DNA from: a virus
Lineage: Duplodnaviria > Caudoviricetes
Virus record (IMG/VR): IMGVR_UViG_3300020156_000033
Span: 1-56,850 of that record
Length of the DNA stretch: 56,850 bases
Strand: one strand, 5' to 3'
The notes under the pieces are model-generated. The model was given only the letters and a program-made list of their open reading frames with translations, was not told the DNA's origin and searched no databases. The position numbers were made by a program, and so were the translations under genes. This document shows positions 51,634 through 56,850 of this stretch, one piece after another; the stretch's first letter is position 1, and each line of letters opens with the position of its first letter.

Positions 51634-52103
51634 CACTGCTCCCGCCCCGCCTTCCGCTTCCTCAGCCACTCCCGGGCGCAGCGCACGGCCGTGGCCTGCG
51701 TCGGGGTGTAGTCCTCGGCGGACTCCCCAGCGCGCTCCAGCAGCTGCTCCACCACCCAGGCCAGGTCGGACTCCTTGGCGGGGTCGGGGGCGCGCCGGGG
51801 GCGATACACCAGCTCCGCGCAGTAGAACGCGAAATTCAGGGCGTAATCGGCGTGGCCCTCGGCCTGGCGCTCGACGCGGGCGATCTCGTCCGCCTCCACC
51901 AGGGGGCGGGCGTGCTCGCCGCGCTCGGCGTTGACGTGATCGAGCATGAGGCCGCGCTCGTACAGCACCCACTCGGGCACCACCGCGCCGCCGTTGCAGG
52001 GGTCGGGGACCAGGTCGGGCCGCTCGTCGCGGTGGGCGGCGGCCCACTCCAGGACGCCGTACATCCGGTCCCGCAGGTCCAGCAGTTCTCTCAGGTGGGG
52101 CAT
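51630..52103 (-). CDS. Hypothetical protein
   Basis: RBS AGGAGG. Confidence 0.75.
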   Translation of the reverse strand: MPHLRELLDLRDRMYGVLEWAAAHRDERPDLVPDPCNGGAVVPEWVLYERGLMLDHVNAERGEHARPLVEADEIARVERQAEGHADYALNFAFYCAELVYRPRRAPDPAKESDLAWVVEQLLERAGESAEDYTPTQATAVRCAREWLRKRKAGREQW

Positions 52104-52118
52104 GGGGGAACCTCCTGT

Positions 52119-52553
52119 TCAGGCTTCGTCGTCAAGCACGTACTGGACGGTGGCGCCCGGGGCCTCGTCGGCGGGGCTGGTCGGCATCTGCTCGATGGCG
52201 GCGTACACCGGGTCGAACATCATCGCGAGCGGGTTGTGGTCCAGCATCATGTCGCGGATGCGGCGGCGCATCTCCCCGGCACCGCGCCGGTAGGCGGCCT
52301 CCTCGGTGTCGGAGGGGGACTCGGTGGTGAAGACCTCGCCGCCGTGGCAGCGGGCCACGCTGCACGGCCACAGGATGGGCGCACGCTCCCCGGAGCAGAC
52401 CGAGCACACCCACTGCGGGTCGCGCTCGTAGGGGACCCAGGCGGGGATGTGGTAGGCCGGGGGCAGCTTCCTGCGCTCGGCGGGGGTCATGTCGGCCAGC
52501 TCCTCGTAGCCGGGCTGGCCGGGCGCCTCGATGAGGCGGGCTCGCGGGTCCAT
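52119..52553 (-). CDS. Hypothetical protein
   Basis: RBS AGGAGG; H-P...CSVC...WPC. Confidence 0.75.
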   Translation of the reverse strand: MDPRARLIEAPGQPGYEELADMTPAERRKLPPAYHIPAWVPYERDPQWVCSVCSGERAPILWPCSVARCHGGEVFTTESPSDTEEAAYRRGAGEMRRRIRDMMLDHNPLAMMFDPVYAAIEQMPTSPADEAPGATVQYVLDDEA

Positions 52554-52568
52554 GGGGGAACCTCCTGT

Positions 52569-52997
52569 TCAGACGGTCTTGTCTTCGTAGCCTTCGGCGC
52601 CGCAGCGGCGGCACTCGCCCTGCCACGACTCCTCGTCGTCGTGGATGGTCGCGTAGTCGTGCTCGGGCCAGACCTCGTCGTCGGCGTCGATGCACTCGTA
52701 CTCGTCGCCGGTCCCATCGGCCACGGGTTCGTAGGTGTCCTCGAAGATGTCGGGCCTGCAGGGGTACAGCTCACCCTGGACGCCCCGGATGATCCAGTCG
52801 CCGACGGAGGCGGTCATGGTGCCCTCGAGGGTGTAGATGTAGACGCCCTCGTGCATGCCGCGCCCCGGGCCGGGAAGCAGCCCCTGCTCGGCCTTGGCCT
52901 GAGCGCCCATGAACTGCTTGACCTCGTCCAGGTTGTCGCCGGTGTAGCGGACGGCCTCGACCTCGACGGGCTTCTTGCGGTACTTGGACATGGTCAC
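52569..52997 (-). CDS. Conserved phage protein (KYRKKPV...TLEG...GDWIIRG...YPC-PDIF family)
   Basis: Motif string read directly; extra acidic Cys-containing C-terminus. Confidence 0.8.
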   Translation of the reverse strand: [142 protein letters not shown]

Positions 52998-53182
52998 TTC
53001 CTCCCGGTGGCCTTGTCGGTCAGCAGACCGGCCAGGACCAGCGCCTCGCCCGGCTGCATCGTGAACAGGAAGTGGGAACCGTCGGCGACCTCGGGCTCCA
53101 CCCGCAGGTGGATGCGGCCGTCACCGGTCCGCTCGACCTTGATCCTGGCGCTGTCGCTGCTGTACTTCCTGGGCGTCTTCAC
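52994..53182 (-). CDS. Small hypothetical protein
   Basis: RBS GGAGGAG, GTGA coupling. Confidence 0.65.
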   Translation of the reverse strand: MKTPRKYSSDSARIKVERTGDGRIHLRVEPEVADGSHFLFTMQPGEALVLAGLLTDKATGRK

Positions 53183-53421
53183 GACTCCTCCTCCTCCGTC
53201 TCGATGAGGTACTTGGCGGCTCCCCGGAACCCCCGCGCGGCCGCCAGGGTCGCGGCGACGGCGAGGGCGGTGGTGTAGGCGATCGTCGGCACGGAGGACC
53301 ACCAGTGGTGGTGGGCGGTGCCGACGACGACCATGAGCGCCCAGGCGTCCACGAGGACGCGGAGCACGACCACCGCGACGAGGGCCGGAATCTGGCGCCA
53401 CTCCGCCGTACGCTTCTTCAC
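53179..53421 (-). CDS. Small membrane protein
   Basis: GTGA coupling; hydrophobic segments. Confidence 0.65.
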   Translation of the reverse strand: MKKRTAEWRQIPALVAVVVLRVLVDAWALMVVVGTAHHHWWSSVPTIAYTTALAVAATLAAARGFRGAAKYLIETEEEES

Positions 53422-53648
53422 GACTCCCCCACCTCGATGACGGCGCCGGAGGCGGCCTCGTACAGGAAGTCCGCCACCTTCCGCGCGGCCTCGGGGTGCA
53501 GGGCGAACAGGATGTCGGCCGACCAGACGGGCTCGCCGCCGCCGCTGGTGCCGGAAGGCGTGCGCAGGCGCAGGTTGACGTGGCCGTCCTCGTGGTCGTA
53601 GACCGTGAGGCACGTCCCCTCGTAGTCCTTCAGCCCGTACTTCTTCAT
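53418..53648 (-). CDS. Hypothetical protein, first gene of minus arm
   Basis: RBS GAGGAG. Confidence 0.75.
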   Translation of the reverse strand: MKKYGLKDYEGTCLTVYDHEDGHVNLRLRTPSGTSGGGEPVWSADILFALHPEAARKVADFLYEAASGAVIEVGES

Positions 53649-53682
53649 GGAGTCTCCTCGGTGGGGGTGTGTAACGTTTCCT

Positions 53683-53691
53683 ATCTTACCA
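53683..53691 (-). promoter_or_regulatory. Extended -10 promoter for the minus-strand arm
   Basis: TGG-TAAGAT about 35 nt upstream of ATG 53648. Confidence 0.55.
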
Positions 53692-53899
53692 CACGCGCGC
53701 GCGTGGGCGGGAAATTTTTCGGTTTCCCGTGGAACCGGAGGCCGATCACGTGGAGGCAGAGGTCACGTTCGCGGGGGTGCTACCACCCATCCTCCCAGGC
53801 ATAACTCTTCGTATTGGTTTTGTCACCCCACCCCCCGTGGTTTTCAGCGCCGAGCCAGCGCGGCCCCCGCGTGCCGACTAGCACACGACCGCTGGCTTG

Positions 53900-54800
53900 G
53901 CCTCACTCTTCGGCTACATCCTTGTCACCGCATAGCTACATCCCTGCCATGCACGCACCCCTACCTACCCATGGGTAACTATGCCTATATGTACCAACCT
54001 ATGTACCGAATGTAGGGAACGGTAGCGCTAGAGCGAACCACCCCATACCCACCCGTACTCCACGTATCGGACATCAGACATCTGATAGCTCTGCACGCAG
54101 CGTGACTGTGTGACCTACGTCACTAGACCACTGAACCTCACCCTTACTTCAGCTCAGGCTAGCCTTCCCTCAGTAGCTATGAGTAGTTGTCGTAAGCGAA
54201 GAGTTAGATCGATGGCCATCGATGGGCCAGTAGAGCGAAGTCTCGACGTGTTTCACCCCCCTGTCTCCCTCCCCGAAAAAGATCATTTACCCTCTCTGTA
54301 ACCAACAACTACAATCAGTTACTACTCATCGACACACCCCCCTTACATAGCTCAAGACTTCGCTCTCCCGGCCCACAACGCTCTGACCAGGCAAAACAGT
54401 AGTTACCAATCCGTGATGTACCCACTGCCAACATCTAGACCACTGCCTCAACCACGCCTGACTACCACCCATTCATCCCACTTCATCCCCTTTGTCCGTT
54501 CCGTCCCCTTCGCTCTCCCGGCCCATATACCATCTGACCTGCAACAACACCCCTCCCTCCCCCTCCCTATCTCATAGCTACTCCCCAGTAACCACCCTCT
54601 AGACATCCCATCACCCCACCCATCCTCACTCTGTCCGTATTCAACTACACCCCATAGAAACCGGACATCAGTACCCATACCTGCCCATATCCCCGAACCC
54701 CTTCCCGATCATCGTCACCGTGCGTGTGCTTCCTCCCTCCCAGCCCACGTGCCCACCCCCTCTGACCTGCACAGTTGACAAAGAACCGGCCACTCATGCA
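53900..54800. other. Low-GC, strand-skewed non-coding region; candidate replication origin
   Basis: G-poor plus strand, AGAGCGAA repeats in both orientations, 16-bp palindrome, 18-bp direct repeat. Confidence 0.5.
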
Positions 54801-55179
54801 GAGTTTGGCCTAGCAACACCGCAGCACCCGCCCCGCAACCAGGGGCGGCGCACCACCCCCGGTGCCTCTCAGTGGGCATGAACCGGGGTCGGCACGGCCA
54901 CAACTCCACAGCGGCGCACAGCACGAAGAACATGAAGCCTTACTCAGCGCTTCGCGGATCTGGGCAGATCAGCACCAGGAAGTTCCGGCGAACGGCGACG
55001 ATCCGGCCCCTCAGGGGCCAACCGCCCGCCCCCTGGTGGAAGTACCGCCCCCGCACCGCCGACAGGCACACGTGCAGCACACGCGCCGCTATGAGGATGC
55101 AGGCACGGCCTCTCAACTCCACAGCGCGCACCATGAGGACGACACCGGCGCTAGGCGCCCCGGATGGATGTGTAGCTTT

Positions 55180-56040
55180 CGGCGGGTATCCGCCGTCTGA
55201 TTCTCCGCAGACTCGTTCCGAACTCTGCCAGCGCAGGTTGTTTCGTCACGGCCGCAGGCCGTGCCGCGAGCCTCCGCGTTAGGGCGCAGACGAACCCGGT
55301 GAGATCCCATGGCGTGCGTGTACCCACCGAACGAGCGCGACCCCAGCGCGACCGGCGGTGCGAGTACCTGCAACCGGGTGTGGAACCCCGGTATTGACAA
55401 CGACATGATCGAACTGTGATCGGACACGGCACCGTCCGGTCCCCGTAGGTCCCCTGCGAGCGGATACCCGCTGAGGTCAGGGCAATTACGGGGGTCACCG
55501 GGTAGCGGCGCTCCCCCGAACGAGCGAGATCCGTACATAGTGGTAACGCGAAAAGCCTTACACCGAACGGCATGAGGTGCGCTCGCTGCTGCCGATACTG
55601 AGTATCCGCAGGTCGAGCGCCCCCGTAAGACCGTGGAACGCCCGAGCACGACGGGGCGCGGCCGACCGGGCGGGGTGTGCTGGTGGCGGAGTCGATACCG
55701 ACCACCGGCGCCCACCCCGCGCCTGCGCCGCACCTGCGCTGCGCACGACGGGAAAGGGCGTTCTGGGTGAAGGCATGGAGTCCGAGGGCGAATGGGGCGC
55801 TTCCCTCGCACACCCCTTGCGGGTGCGCGGCACGGGTACGGGTGACCGGGTCACCAGCGTCCGAAGCCCCGGGCGGACACGTGTTCCAGGTGCGCAGACG
55901 CGCGGCACGGCCGGAATGAGACCTTCCGGCCACGACCGCGCGACGGCTCGCTTGGCGGGTCTGATGCGACCGCCGCACCTGGCACGTGCCCTGCCCAGTA
56001 CCACATGTCCAAGGTGTGGTGCGGGTTGGGTGCGTGGAAG
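55180..56040 (+). ncRNA. Candidate large structured RNA
   Basis: No credible ORF; long-range helices 55229-55238/55732-55741 and 55182-55193/55460-55471; many hairpins; strand inferred. Confidence 0.55.
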
Positions 56041-56061
56041 CACACGGAGAGGACACCACCG

Positions 56062-56364
56062 GTGACGCTGATCTACGACAAGAAGTTCCGGACGGACTTC
56101 GAGCGCTGGGAGCTGGCGCCGAAGGCGTGGGGCAAGCCCACGCGGATGCGCTACTTCGCCGACGTCTACGCCGACGCCAGTGAGAACCTGTTGGTCACGT
56201 GGGAGCAGCGCGCGCACATCGTCGCGCTGCTCGGTATCGAGCACCTGCCCGTGGAGAACGGGCGCGGGCTGAACGTCATCGTGACCGACATCGCGAAGGT
56301 CGCAGACACGGTCGCTGATCTCTTCGACCTGCTGCGCGAACTGGGCTACGAGCCGATGATGTGA
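56062..56364 (+). CDS. Hypothetical protein, first gene of plus arm
   Basis: RBS GGAGAGG, GTG 56062, codon bias. Confidence 0.7.
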   Translation: MTLIYDKKFRTDFERWELAPKAWGKPTRMRYFADVYADASENLLVTWEQRAHIVALLGIEHLPVENGRGLNVIVTDIAKVADTVADLFDLLRELGYEPMM

Positions 56365-56440
56365 TCGGAGCATGGCGCAGGGCCCCTAGAGGACCCTGCG
56401 CCGTGTGCTGGACACATGCACCAACGGGAGGGAAGCACTG

Positions 56441-56850
56441 ATGGCTGTCTACGTATTCCCCGGTGAGGGGCGCTTGCGCGTCGAGCGGTACGGCCAGGAC
56501 GGCGGACCTGAGCGCCACGTCTACCGCCTCGCCTTCATGGCGGAGGACCCCGGGCGCTTCGGCGGGCGCGTGCTGCGGAGCCGGATCACGGTCCCCTGGC
56601 AGCCCGACCCGCGCACACATGAGAACCGCGTCGTCGCCGACGCGCTCGCGGCGGTCGAACACGGGATCTCCGGTGCCGACGACGACCCCACGGGGACGGT
56701 CCTGGGCCTGTACGCCGACGACATCGCCGCTGGGGCCGACGACGCCGCGCGCTACCGCGAGGGCGGGCGGGCGTCCTACTACGCCACCGTCCCCGGGACG
56801 CTGTTCGAAGACGGGATCACCACCTACCCCGCCAAGGCCTACGTGGTGGT
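56441..56850 (+). CDS. 5' part of hypothetical protein continuing across the join to 253
   Basis: RBS GGGAGG, ATG 56441, open to end of window. Confidence 0.8.
   Translation, partial: MAVYVFPGEGRLRVERYGQDGGPERHVYRLAFMAEDPGRFGGRVLRSRITVPWQPDPRTHENRVVADALAAVEHGISGADDDPTGTVLGLYADDIAAGADDAARYREGGRASYYATVPGTLFEDGITTYPAKAYVV
56722..56850. repeat. Terminal overlap copy 2
   Basis: Matches 1-129 with one mismatch. Confidence 0.95.

Noticed and set aside
55236-55250. Minus-strand hammerhead at GACGAAAC
   Set aside because: No CUGANGA partner nearby on that strand
55394-55420. Sigma-70 promoter TTGACA...TGTGAT (also TTGACA at 54775)
   Set aside because: Spacer is only 15 nt, or no -10 at 17-18 nt
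55490-55715. tmRNA or tRNA
   Set aside because: No acceptor stem with CCA end; the ALAAA-like codons are out of frame with the putative resume codon and not followed by a stop
54110-56059. ORF-track entries in the control region (e.g. 54872-55282, 55113-55811, 55151-56059)
   Set aside because: No convincing RBS, no coding-type codon bias, no motifs

Overview
This is an apparently complete, circular ~56.7-kb genome of a tailed (siphovirus-type) phage of a high-GC actinomycete. Bases 4-129 recur at 56725-56850 (unit length 56,721 bp); GC is roughly 70% by eye. No integrase, repressor or tRNA was recognised, so it is probably virulent. The plus-strand arm (56062 through the join to 21564) carries small early genes, then a replication module: SNF2-like helicase, Cas4-like exonuclease, AAA ATPase, SSB-like protein, primase-helicase, family A DNA polymerase and RuvC-like resolvase. 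The minus-strand arm (53648 to 21611) carries small genes, a terminase with a class 3 intein, then head, tail, lysis and fibre genes. A ~2.3-kb non-coding region lies between the divergent arms, with an origin-like half and a highly structured half. The most striking content is RNA-level. (1) Two complete type II hammerhead ribozymes (253-304, 1573-1645) each sit between a stop codon and the next RBS. (2) Covarying intergenic hairpins punctuate the early operon. (3) Hairpin loops in late-strand intergenic RNAs (after the capsid gene, after the tail-tube gene, and between terL and portal) are complementary to boxes repeated at ribosome-binding sites of early/replication genes (ACGGGAAGG, GACACGGG, GAGGTAGGGC). 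Together these suggest a phage-encoded ribozyme plus antisense-RNA control system. All calls are by eye from sequence motifs; no database searches or folding programs were run.
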